Positions 11,741-22,892 of a DNA stretch of 32,352 nucleotides are shown here, piece by piece; positions within the stretch are counted from its first letter, which is position 1, and every line of letters starts with the position of its first letter. The stretch is taken from the NCBI RefSeq assembly GCF_001194135.2, contig NC_069008.1, positions 4,290,865 through 4,323,216 of the forward strand. The letters run 5' to 3'. A program made the translations under genes and the position numbers. The stretch comes from Octopus bimaculoides (taxonomy: Eukaryota). Below the pieces are notes generated by a model that saw nothing but the letters and a program-made list of their open reading frames with translations, made no database searches and was not told the DNA's origin.

Positions 11741-12119
11741 TGTATATCAGAACCAACGAATGAAACATCTGTATGATAGCTAGATATTGTAGAAATAGCA
11801 GCCACATCTCCCTCAGATCGCAATTTACTGCCTTAGAAAGGGACACATTGGGTATTGTTGTTTTGGCTTCCCTACAGATCTGGGAAAGGAAAGGATGTTC
11901 ATGGCTGGAATGCCAGGAATAGAGCTCTCCTTGATCAGGGTTGATCTGGGGATAAACAGCAGCTACAGCATTGTTCAGTGATGTAGTTAGTATGGGGCAG
12001 CCCTTCTGTTTGCCCAGGCCTTCAAGCTTGCGCAGGCTTATGCAGCTGACCCAGAGTTGCTGCTCCCCCCCCCCCATAAAAGCGTCACCTGGGGTGGGCT
12101 GCCCCATCCCTGTCTACGC

Positions 12120-12155
12120 TGCTGTCGTCGTCACTGTTACCACACCATCATCCCC

Positions 12156-12187
<32 letters not shown>

Positions 12188-12520
12188 CAACAACAATTTC
12201 ATCACCACTACCATCTTCGTCACCTGCCACCCCCATCACCACCACCACCACCACAATCTTCATCATCGTCTTCACCATCATCATCATCATCATCATCACT
12301 ACCAACACCACCTATACCAGCATCATCACAGCCATCAACAATAACATCATCACCACCACCACCACCAACACCATCATCATCAACATCATCATTAACAACA
12401 CCACCACCAACACCATCATCATCATTAACAACACTACCACTAACACCATCATCATCATCTTCATCATCGTCGTCATTAACAACACCATCACCATCACCAC
12501 TAACACCACCACCAACTGCT
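12120..12520. repeat. Compound trinucleotide microsatellite (CAC/CAT/AAC)
   Basis: Read directly. Similar tracts occur at 23570-23715 (GGT/AGT) and 31970-32220 (ACT/AAT). Confidence 0.95.
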
Positions 12521-12621
12521 GTGTTAATCAATAAAAACCACACTAAGCCGATTAATGTTGTCAGTTTTAATTTTCAGATTAGCCTCCATGATTACCTGCA
12601 AACGTACACACGCATACATCA

Positions 12622-12659
<38 letters not shown>

Positions 12660-12733
12660 TGAGTGCATGGTGTTACCTGAGATACACTAATACATCGTGT
12701 CTATGTGCATATATATATGTGTATGTGTACATA

Positions 12734-12783
<50 letters not shown>

Positions 12784-13080
12784 CACATATGCACACAGAT
12801 CGTCTGTCTCTCTCTCTCTCTCTCTCTCTCTTTTTCCTTTTCCTCATGCTCATACTTCTGTCTTTTCCTTTCTGTTCTCTTTCACTCCCTCCCCACACCT
12901 ACGACACACACACACATCTGCATACATACATACATACATACATACATACATGCATATATATATATATATGCATTCCACACATGCACCATACTCTCTTCCT
13001 CTTTCCCTCCTTGATCACTCTCACATGCACATTTTTCACATACATATAATACACACACATATATATACATTTACACATGC

Positions 13081-13129
<49 letters not shown>

Positions 13130-13259
13130 CTCACACATAGTTTCTCTAATTTTTTTAATTCAACGTTTTTCTTCATACTTGTTGACTCTTATATTTTCTC
13201 TCATTTTCTGACATTTCCCTCTTTTTCCACACACACACACACACTTTTTCTCTGTGTGT

Positions 13260-13294
<35 letters not shown>

Positions 13295-14237
13295 CCTCAA
13301 TATATATCTGTCTCCCTTTCTTATACAGACACACATTCTCCTCTCTGTCTGTCTCTCTCTCTCTCCCAATATCTATGTGTCTATCTCCCACATGCACAGT
13401 CTATATCCGTCCATCTATATCTGCCTGTGTTTGTTATATTCTACATATAACTAGCTATCTTTCTCTTTCACACAAACATAAACTATATATATATATGTGC
13501 ATACATACACAAACAAACACATAAACGCACAATGTGTTTCGAAAACTGAGGGCAGCAACACAACGTTTGCGCACATTAACAACCTCCTCTCTCAGGTTTG
13601 TCATTTGCTGCTTTTATGTGTTTTATTTGTCTTCAAAGCTTGTTTTTTTTTTTCAAAAAATAATTTAAAATTTAAAAAACAAAAAATCGCTTCTTTTCAG
13701 ATATTGTGACCTTATCAAGAAATTTTTCTTATTTATATATAGCACACACGCATAAACACACAAACCACTCATATACATACATATATATATATATATATAG
13801 CATCATATATAATCATCATCATTATATATATATATCGTTATCATTTATTTATATATATTCACACATAGATACCTACACAGATACATACCCACGCATATAT
13901 TCACACATACACACACATAGTCTATATGTGTACATATAAGTACATGCACATATATCCATACACGTGCACATATACATACACACACATATATTCACATGCA
14001 CACACACACACACATGCATATGCACTCGCATTCATAAACACAAACATTAAAAGACACACCTGTACATACACCTATGTATTTACCTGTCACAAAAACACAC
14101 ACATACACACACACACACACACTCTCTCTCTGTTTCACTTACACACCTTTTGGAACACTACCACGTATTCATCACATCATTAGTATAGTGTCTGGTAACT
14201 GTAATGGCAATGTTGTTAGCCTAACGAGTTAAATGAA

Positions 14238-14252
14238 TCCTTAACGAAATAG
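14238..14252 (+). promoter_or_regulatory. U12-type branch site TCCTTAAC plus 3' splice site AG
   Basis: TCCTTAAC lies at 14238-14245, and the first downstream AG at 14251-14252 is the exon boundary. There is no polypyrimidine tract. Confidence 0.88.
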
Positions 14253-14367
14253 AAAAAACTGTCCGGACATCCGAATGTGGTTCAGTTTATCTCGGCTGCA
14301 GCTATCGGTAAGGAAGAGTCCGACCATGGCCAGGCGGAGTATTTGATCTGTACGGAACTTTGTACAG
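14253..14367 (+). CDS. GAK: GAK exon: KKLSGHPNVVQFISAAAIGKEESDHGQAEYLICTELCT(G), phase 0-1, 115 nt
   Basis: AG at 14251-14252 and donor GTAAGT at 14368. It carries the GAK-typical LSGHPN..QF..AA.IGKEESD.GQAE motif and the gatekeeper/hinge TELC. It is absent from the ORF track. Confidence 0.96.
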
Positions 14368-14545
14368 GTAAGTCTGTTTCTCTGTAGGTGTGTGTGAGTG
14401 TTCATATGCCTTCTGTTTGTGTGCATGTATGTGTGTGTGTGTGTTTGTATGCTTCCTGTCTATGTACGTGTGTGTATGTGTGTGTGTCTCTCTTTATCTC
14501 TGTATCTGTGTGTGTGCCTTCTGTATGTCTGTGTATACCTTTTGT

Positions 14546-14875
14546 GAAGGTGGGTGGCTTAATAGTTAGAGCATTCGGCTTACATTCATAAGATTGTAAG
14601 TTCAATTCCTGGAGATGCATTGTGTCCTTGAGCAAGATACTTTATGTCACATTGCTCCACTCCACTCAGCTGGCAAAACTGAATTGCACCTGTACACCTG
14701 TACTTCAAAGGGGTCAGCCTTGTCACATTCTGTGTCACACTGAATCTCTCTGAGAACTACGTTAAGGGGTACACGTGTCTGTGGAGTGCTCAGCCACTAG
14801 CACATTAATTTCACGAGCAGGCTGTTCCGTTGATCGGATCAACCAGAACCCTTGTTTTCATAACCAAATGAGCAC
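14546..14875 (+). mobile_element. SINE with tRNA head + CORE-like body (head B) + tail 2
   Basis: Contains ttgtgtccttgagcaagatacttt (CORE-like) followed by ctccactccactcagctggcaaaa and tail 2. Confidence 0.85.
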
Positions 14876-14979
14876 TAGTTATACCTTCTGGGTGCATTTA
14901 TACCTTATGTGTGTCTCTGTGTGCTTATATATCTGTGTGCACCTGTATGTCTGTGTTTGTGTGTGTGTGTACATATATA

Positions 14980-15044
<65 letters not shown>

Positions 15045-15294
15045 TGGAGTAAGCACGTAAATAGCCACCTTTAATAATTAATACATATACACACGCATAT
15101 ATATATATACCTTTTCTGTGTATGTTATCTATGTCTGTATGTATGTCTTTTCTCTGTGTATCTGTGTGGGCGTATATGTATGTCTATCTGTGTATGTATA
15201 TATGTGATGTATGTGAATGCTTGCTTGTGTGTGTATCTGTTAGTGTGTTGTGTGTGTGTGTTTTTGTGCTTGTGTATGCATATTTCTTATTTCT

Positions 15295-15520
15295 TTACTA
15301 CCCACAAGGGGCTACACACAGAGGGGACAAACAAGGACAGACAAACGGATTAAGTCGATTATATCGACCCCGGTGTGTAACTGGTACTTGTTTAATCAAC
15401 CCCGAAAGAATGAAAGGCAAAGTCGACCTCGGCGGAATTTGAACTCAGAATGTAGCGGCAGACGAAATACCGCTAAGCATTTCGCCCGGCGTGCTAACGT
15501 TTCCGCCAGCTCGCCGCCTT
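15295..15520 (-). mobile_element. SINE family E with alternative tail b
   Basis: Same head and central domain as the 6995 copy, but with left end caaggggctacacacagaggggacaaacaaggacagac. It is near-identical to 25672-25897. Confidence 0.85.
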
Positions 15521-15624
15521 TCTATGTGTGTGCACAAGTCTGCATATGTATTTCCACGCCTGATTAACTGTACATTTATTCGTTTATCTACTTTTGTATT
15601 AACATATATGTATGTATTCACGTA

Positions 15625-15715
15625 TACAGTGGAGACACCTGCCCAAGGTATTGTGCAGTGGAAATGAACCCAAGGCCATGTGGTTGAGAAGCGAGCTTCA
15701 TAACTACACATCCAC
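15625..15715 (-). mobile_element. Partial SINE family F
   Basis: Reads gacacctgcccaaggtattgtgcagtggaaatgaacccaaggccatgtggttgagaagc. Confidence 0.7.
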
Positions 15716-15846
15716 ACTTGTGCTTTTCTTTTTACATCTGCTTTTACATGCTTGCATGGGTTGGCTGGGTCATTTGAGGCATTGTTTTACGGCTTGATGC
15801 TAACCCTGACTTGTTCTACAACTTTCACTTTCACTTCTTGTTTCAG

Positions 15847-15983
15847 GTGGTCAGCTGGTTGATGTGTTGCGAGAGGCACATCCATTTCCTTGTGACAAGG
15901 TCCTCCAGATATTCTTTCAGACATGTCGCGCAGTGCAGCACATGCACCGACAGAAACCTCCTATCATACACAGAGACCTCAAG
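15847..15983 (+). CDS. GAK: GAK exon with catalytic loop: (G)GQLVDVLREAHPFPCDKVLQIFFQTCRAVQHMHRQKPPIIHRDLK, phase 1-0, 137 nt
   Basis: Acceptor ttcttgtttcAG, donor GTAAGC at 15984. QTCRAVQHMHRQKPPIIHRDLK is the GAK catalytic-loop segment. Confidence 0.97.
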
Positions 15984-16064
15984 GTAAGCCCGTTTTGGCT
16001 CTTTCCAATCCTTGTTGCCTTCACTTCCCTTTTATTTTTCCTCCCTTTCTTTTTCCCTCTTTCT

Positions 16065-17100
16065 CTCTCTCACTTTCTACCTGTCTCTTAACACACTCTC
16101 TCTCTCTGTCTCTCACTTGTTTGTTCTCTCTTTCTCTCATTCACTCACTACTTTGCTTATTTGCTCAACCCTCCATTCTTTCTCACTCTCTCAGCTTTTT
16201 TGTCTCTTGTCCTGCCCTCTCTCAGCCCCCTTCCTTATTACATAAACCTTAACTCTCTCACTCTCACTTTCTATTTGTCTCTTAACACACACTCTCTCTC
16301 TCTCACTTGTTTGTTCTCTCTTTCTCTCATCCNNNNNNNNNNNNNNNNNNNNNNNNNNNNNNNNNNNNNNNNNNNNNNNNNNNNNNNNNNNNNNNNNNNN
16401 NNNNNNNNNNNNNNNNNNNNNNNNNNNNNNNNNNNNNNNNNNNNNNNNNNNNNNNNNNNNNNNNNNNNNNNNNNNNNNNNNNNNNNNNNNNNNNNNNNNN
16501 NNNNNNNNNNNNNNNNNNNNNNNNNNNNNNNNNNNNNNNNNNNNNNNNNNNNNNNNNNNNNNNNNNNNNNNNNNNNNNNNNNNNNNNNNNNNNNNNNNNN
16601 NNNNNNNNNNNNNNNNNNNNNNNNNNNNNNNNNNNNNNNNNNNNNNNNNNNNNNNNNNNNNNNNNNNNNNNNNNNNNNNNNNNNNNNNNNNNNNNNNNNN
16701 NNNNNNNNNNNNNNNNNNNNNNNNNNNNNNNNNNNNNNNNNNNNNNNNNNNNNNNNNNNNNNNNNNNNNNNNNNNNNNNNNNNNNNNNNNNNNNNNNNNN
16801 NNNNNNNNNNNNNNNNNNNNNNNNNNNNNNNNNNNNNNNNNNNNNNNNNNNNNNNNNNNNNNNNNNNNNNNNNNTACATAAACCTTAACTCTCTCTCTCA
16901 CTCTCACTTTCTATCTGTCTCTTAACACACTCTCTCTCTCTCTCACTTGTTTGTTCTCTCTTTCTCTCATTCACTCACTACTTTGCTTATTTGCTCAACC
17001 CTCCTTTCTTTCTCACTCTCTCAGCTTTTTTGTCTCTTGTCCTGCCCTCTCTCAGCCCCCTTCCTTATTACATAAACCTTAACTCACTCTCCCACTCTCT
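16065..17100. repeat. ~194-bp pyrimidine-rich tandem repeat spanning a gap
   Basis: The anchor tacataaacc occurs at 16239, 16875 and 17069, and cactttcta at 16071 and 16265. Confidence 0.8.
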
Positions 17101-17309
17101 CTCTCTCTATCTCATCCCTTCTCTTTTTTTCTCTCTTGGCTCTCCCCTCTCTTATAATTTGGATTTAGTACTTAACCAGAAGTTCATAGATTATTCAATT
17201 TCCCATCCTAATCACTCAAACACATGCCCAAATGGCCACGGGGGATGTCCATATTAACATCTTCTATAACACCTGATGATGTATGTATGTATGTATATAT
17301 ATATATCAG

Positions 17310-17410
17310 ACTGGAGCCTGGTGTTGCCATCCGGTTTCACCAGTCCTCAGTCAAATCGTCCAACCCATGCTAGCATGGAAAGCGGACGTTAAACGATGAT
17401 GATGATGATG
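17310..17410 (+). repeat. Family D 3' end
   Basis: Reads ggagcctggtgttgccatccggtttcaccagtcctcagtcaaatcgtccaacccatgctagcatggaaagcggacgttaaacgatgatgat. Confidence 0.9.
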
Positions 17411-17418
17411 AGGAGGAG

Positions 17419-17622
17419 GAGGATAGCTGCCTGAAAAAGTGCCACACCCTAACAGTTGAGGGAACCCGTGGAAGAGGTAGGCCCAGGAAGACCTGGGCTG
17501 AGGTGGTGAGGCAAGACCTTCGTACATTGGGCCTCACCAAGGCGATGACTACTGACCGAGACCTTTGGAAATGTGCTGTGCGTGAGAAGACCCGGCAAGC
17601 CAAGTAAGATCGTTGCCAGTGC
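17419..17622 (+). mobile_element. 5'-truncated RTE-clade LINE: ORF C-terminus and start of 3' UTR
   Basis: Translates EDSCLKKCHTLTVEGTRGRGRPRKTWAEVVRQDLRTLGLTKAMTTDRDLWKCAVREKTRQAK* (stop 17605-17607). The GRGRPRKTW...DR..W pattern is typical of RTE ORF ends. The element runs into a gap. Confidence 0.85.
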
Positions 17623-18744
17623 NNNNNNNNNNNNNNNNNNNNNNNNNNNNNNNNNNNNNNNNNNNNNNNNNNNNNNNNNNNNNNNNNNNNNNNNNNNNNN
17701 NNNNNNNNNNNNNNNNNNNNNNNNNNNNNNNNNNNNNNNNNNNNNNNNNNNNNNNNNNNNNNNNNNNNNNNNNNNNNNNNNNNNNNNNNNNNNNNNNNNN
17801 NNNNNNNNNNNNNNNNNNNNNNNNNNNNNNNNNNNNNNNNNNNNNNNNNNNNNNNNNNNNNNNNNNNNNNNNNNNNNNNNNNNNNNNNNNNNNNNNNNNN
17901 NNNNNNNNNNNNNNNNNNNNNNNNNNNNNNNNNNNNNNNNNNNNNNNNNNNNNNNNNNNNNNNNNNNNNNNNNNNNNNNNNNNNNNNNNNNNNNNNNNNN
18001 NNNNNNNNNNNNNNNNNNNNNNNNNNNNNNNNNNNNNNNNNNNNNNNNNNNNNNNNNNNNNNNNNNNNNNNNNNNNNNNNNNNNNNNNNNNNNNNNNNNN
18101 NNNNNNNNNNNNNNNNNNNNNNNNNNNNNNNNNNNNNNNNNNNNNNNNNNNNNNNNNNNNNNNNNNNNNNNNNNNNNNNNNNNNNNNNNNNNNNNNNNNN
18201 NNNNNNNNNNNNNNNNNNNNNNNNNNNNNNNNNNNNNNNNNNNNNNNNNNNNNNNNNNNNNNNNNNNNNNNNNNNNNNNNNNNNNNNNNNNNNNNNNNNN
18301 NNNNNNNNNNNNNNNNNNNNNNNNNNNNNNNNNNNNNNNNNNNNNNNNNNNNNNNNNNNNNNNNNNNNNNNNNNNNNNNNNNATATATATATATATATAC
18401 ACACACATGCATATATATATAGTCATTTCAAATAAAAGAATGATAAAATTAATGGGCAACAAGAGGACATGCACAAGGAATGTATTAGTTTGACACTTGA
18501 TAAAAAAAGAGAGAGTTTGACATTTTCGAGTATAGCTCTTCATTGGAAAGGAGAAAGGGAAAACACATGTACGTGCCTGCACACGCACACACAGACAAAC
18601 ATACACACATGTATGTGTTCATATACATACATGTCTATGTATACACACGTACACACCTAAACACATTCGGAACTATACTGTACATCTGTGTAAACGTGTG
18701 TCTTGTGAAATGAAACCATCTGCATGAATAATAATAATAATAAT

Positions 18745-18890
18745 AATTTTTGACATAAGGCCAGTAGTTTTCAAGGGGGTCATAAGTTGATCACACTGGC
18801 CCCCAGTGCTCAGCTGGTACTTATTTTATCAACCCTGAGAGGACGAAAGCTAAGTTCAGCTTTGGTGGAATTTGAAATCAGAAGCAACAT
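18745..18890 (-). mobile_element. Partial, diverged SINE family E
   Basis: Reads ccccagtgctcagctggtacttattttatcaaccctgagaggacgaaag...ggaatttgaaatcagaa. Confidence 0.7.
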
Positions 18891-18892
18891 TG

Positions 18893-19096
18893 AAGCTACA
18901 GCATAGAAGGATGAGGCTAGCTGGACACTGCATCAGACACACTGCTGAAACTGCCAACAAGCTAGTGCTCTGGCAACCAATGAAAGGAAGAACCAGGAGA
19001 GAAATGAAGAAGAGGGCCTATATCGACAACTTGCTGGAGGATTCTGGTATGGAAGGGGTACAGGGGCTGCAGACTATTATGGATGATCGAGATCGT
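18893..19096 (+). mobile_element. Second, divergent RTE/RTEX-like LINE ORF C-terminal remnant
   Basis: Translates KLQHRRMRLAGHCIRHTAETANKLVLWQPMKGRTRREMKKRAYIDNLLEDSGMEGVQGLQTIMDDRD. It shows the RR.RLAGHC.RH and L.T.M.DR motifs of RTE-type ORF ends. Confidence 0.75.
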
Positions 19097-19290
19097 CATC
19101 ATCGTCGTCGTCGTTTAACGTCCGCTTTCCATGCTAGCATGGGTTGGACGATTTGACTGAGGACTGGTGAAACCAGATGGCTACACCAGGCTCCAATCTG
19201 ATTTGGCAGAGTTTCTACAGCTGGATGCCCTTCCTAACGCCAACCCCCCTGAGAGTGTAGCGGGTGCTTTTACATGCCACCGGCATGAAG
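19097..19290 (-). repeat. Family D, minus strand
   Basis: The reverse complement is nearly identical to the copies at 17310 and 26063. Confidence 0.9.
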
Positions 19291-19907
19291 GCCAGTCAGG
19301 AGGTACTATAGGGAAAATGTGTAGAAATAGTCATGGGTTAAATACAATAAGGGATTTGATGAGAGGGAGATTTGACTGTTGACTAGATAGCTCTTTTGCT
19401 GACTAATGTGGTCCCTAGTACACTAATAATAATGATGATGATGACAATGATTCATCAACAGGTGCTTGCATAGTATACTTAAAATCAGATGGCCCGAACA
19501 CGTAAGCAATATGGAGCTATGGCAAAGAACGAATCAAGTTTCGATTAGGGAGCAAATATTTAAGAAAAAGTGGAAGTGGATTGGTAGCACAATTAGAAAG
19601 GAGACACCAAATACAGCATAAAGTACTTTACAGTGGAATCCGGATGGATATAGAAAGAGGAGTAGGCCTAAGAACTCGTGGCGTAGATCAACACAAAAGG
19701 AGCTAGAGAAAGGGGGACATTCATGGCAGAGTATAAGTAGAGAAGCGAGAAATTATGTGACATGGGATTTAATTATAAGTGGCCTATACTCAGCGTTGGA
19801 GGGTTATAGGCAAGAAAAAAGAAAAGAAAGATGATGATGATGATGATGACTCAGGTAATTTAGTTTTTTTTTTTAATTAATGAAAACACATGTTCTTTCT
19901 GTTGCAG

Positions 19908-20033
19908 GTGGAAAACTTGCTGATCAGTTCTAAAGGTTGTATAAAGCTTTGTGATTTTGGTAGCGCTACTATCAAGAGCCACAATCCTGACATTTCTTGG
20001 TCTGCAATTCAAAGAAGTCTGGTGGAAGATGAG
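19908..20033 (+). CDS. GAK: GAK exon with DFG: VENLLISSKGCIKLCDFGSATIKSHNPDISWSAIQRSLVEDE, phase 0-0, 126 nt
   Basis: Acceptor ttctttctgttgcAG, donor GTGTGT at 20034. It contains KLCDFGSAT and the NAK-family activation-segment helix (SWSA.QR.LVE.E). Confidence 0.97.
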
Positions 20034-21544
20034 GTGTGTATCAATCTGTTTGGTTATTTCAAGATCGGTAGGGTCACGGGCTAAATGCCTTGTGGTGGTT
20101 AGGGGTTTGGGTTCATCCCTTTTATATGGGTTCAAATCCTGTCCTGGTTTGATTTTTAGCTCCACTGCCCACTTTTTAGAAATAATTTCTGGGATTAATA
20201 ATGTGAGTACTAACACCACACAAACACAAATTTGTATACACACACACACGCCACACATACACACACACACATACACAACAACATGCACAAACATATGCAC
20301 ACCACATACACATACACACACAACACACACACCATGCGCGCACACATGCATAGCACATACACACCACGCACACACACACACACATGCACACACACACACA
20401 CATACATGCACNNNNNNNNNNNNNNNNNNNNNNNNNNNNNNNNNNNNNNNNNNNNNNNNNNNNNNNNNNNNNNNNNNNNNNNNNNNNNNNNNNNNNNNNN
20501 NNNNNNNNNNNNNNNNNNNNNNNNNNNNNNNNNNNNNNNNNNNNNNNNNNNNNNNNNNNNNNNNNNNNNNNNNNNNNNNNNNNNNNNNNNNNNNNNNNNN
20601 NNNNNNNNNNNNNNNNNNNNNNNNNNNNNNNNNNNNNNNNNNNNNNNNNNNNNNNNNNNNNNNNNNNNNNNNNNNNNNNNNNNNNNNNNNNNNNNNNNNN
20701 NNNNNNNNNNNNNNNNNNNNNNNNNNNNNNNNNNNNNNNNNNNNNNNNNNNNNNNNNNNNNNNNNNNNNNNNNNNNNNNNNNNNNNACGCACACACACAT
20801 ACATGCACAACATACCCATGCACAACACACATGCACACGCACACACACACACACACAGCACACGCACACACACATACATGCACAACATACCCATGCACAA
20901 CACACACATGCACACACACACACTCACACACACACACACACACACACCATACCCATCCATGTCTTATTCACTCCCACTCACACTGTCTCTTTCAAAGTTG
21001 ATCCCACTAAAAAATAAAGGGGCGAATGGAAAGGAAGGACAAGGATGTTGTTGATGATGATGATGATGATGAAGAGGAGGAGGAGGAGTAAGTGTAGCTG
21101 AATGGCTGAGAAATTTGCTTCACACTCATTAGGCCCTAGGCTTGAGCCTACAGTGTCGACCAGGCTAAACCCCACCCTCATTGTTTTCAATTAATCATGG
21201 ATTATTTCATAGCTTCGAGGTTTGGATAATGTGATTGTATATTTTTATACTGACATTGTAGGGTATGTGTGAGAGACCAGAACTAACTAGTTTGAACATA
21301 AAAACCAACAGAATGCAAATATGGCCGGTTTAGATACTAATGAGTTAAAAATAGAATATAGCTAAAAATAAATTAACCCTTCATTATTCAGATTACTGTT
21401 GATTAGAATATTTAGACCAAGTTTAAATGTTAAAGAGTTAATCCTATAGCATTCAGATTATTGTATCAAATGTCATGCTTATTTATTTCAATTGTTTTGA
21501 ATTAATCATGTATTATCTCGTAGCTTCATGATTTCTATGATGTG

Positions 21545-21835
21545 GTTGGCGCTTGTGCCAGTGGCACGTGAAAAAAAATTCGAGTGAGGTTGTTGCCAGT
21601 GCTGCTGGACTGGCTCCTGTGCAGGTGGCACATAAAAAGCACCACTTGAGCGTGGCCGATGCCAGTACTGCATAAAAGCACCCACTACACTCTTGGAGTG
21701 GTCAGGAAGGGCATCCAGCTGTAGAAGCTCTGCCAGATCAGATTGGAGCCTGGTGTCGCCTCCTGGATTCACCAGTCTTCAGTCAAATCGTCCAACCCAT
21801 GCTAGCATGGAAGGCAGACATTAAACGATGATGAT
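21545..21835 (+). repeat. Family D
   Basis: Internal gtggcac..aaaa modules followed by the conserved 3' end. Confidence 0.88.
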
Positions 21836-22109
21836 GGTTGTTGATTTTATGGAATGACATTACAGGGAAGGTGGGAAAGGCTGGATCTGGAGGATTTGAA
21901 CATAAAACAAGCAGAACATNNNNNNNNNNTCATCCAACCCATACTAGCATGGAAGGCAGACGTTAAACGATGATGATGGTTGTTGATTTTATGGAATGAC
22001 ATTACAGGGAAGGTGGGAAAGGCTGGATCTGGAGGATTTGAACATAAAACAAGCAGAACATTTAGATCAGGTTTAAATGTTAAAGAATGCCAGAACTGCT
22101 TGACTGGCT

Positions 22110-22350
22110 AAAAGGCACCATTCGAGCGTGGCTGTTGCCAGTGTCGCCTGACTGGTGCCCGTACCAGTGGCACATAAAAGACACCCAGCCATTACATTCT
22201 TGAAGTGGTTGGCATTAGGAAGGGCATCTGGCTGTAGAAACCTCACCAGAACATATTGGAGCCTGGCACAGCCTCCTGACTTGCCATTCCTCGGTCAAAC
22301 CAAATCAACCCATGCCAGCATGGAAAGCGGATGTTAAAAGATGATGATAA
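22110..22350 (+). repeat. Family D (more diverged)
   Basis: Same modules and 3' end as the other family-D copies. Confidence 0.8.
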
Positions 22351-22605
22351 CCTTACAGCATCCAGGTTAGTCTGTCAAATGTGATGCTTATTTATTCACA
22401 TTGTTTTCAATTAATTATGCATTATCTCGTAGCTTTGAGATTTTAATTTGATTGCTTATTTTTACAGTAACATAAATAAGCATTACATTTGACAGGATAA
22501 TCTGAATGCGAAAGGACTAATCCTTACCACCACCACCACCACCTCCCCTTGCTTCTCCTTCTCTATTTGCAGAGATAATTAACCACCCCTCTTTCATATT
22601 TTCAG

Positions 22606-22695
22606 ATCGCTAAAAATACCACCCCTATGTACCGTGCCCCTGAAATGCTAGATCTTTACCAGAACTTCCCAATCAATGAGGCTGGTGACATATGG
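22606..22695 (+). CDS. GAK: GAK exon with APE motif: IAKNTTPMYRAPEMLDLYQNFPINEAGDIW, phase 0-0, 90 nt
   Basis: Acceptor tttcatattttcAG, donor GTAAGT at 22696. NTTPMYRAPE..DLY.NFPI...DIW is the NAK signature. Confidence 0.97.
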
Positions 22696-22818
22696 GTAAG
22701 TACTTGTATTGTGTTATCTGGTTTCACTTTCACTATCAACTCAATGCTCACAAACATACTACACATCTTAGACATTCTATGCATATTTTATATCCTGTGC
22801 ATACATCACATTCTATAT

Positions 22819-22857
<39 letters not shown>

Positions 22858-22892
22858 TTTCATATTCTATGTATACTTAACATTATATACAT

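Noticed and set aside
11971-12543. Thr/Ile/His/Asp/Val homopolymer ORFs (also 31880-32255)
   Set aside because: They are translations of trinucleotide microsatellites, open in several frames on both strands.
21790-22060. ~130-bp direct duplication on either side of a 10-N gap
   Set aside because: The copies are nearly identical and end and start exactly at the gap. This is most likely an unmerged contig overlap or two haplotypes.
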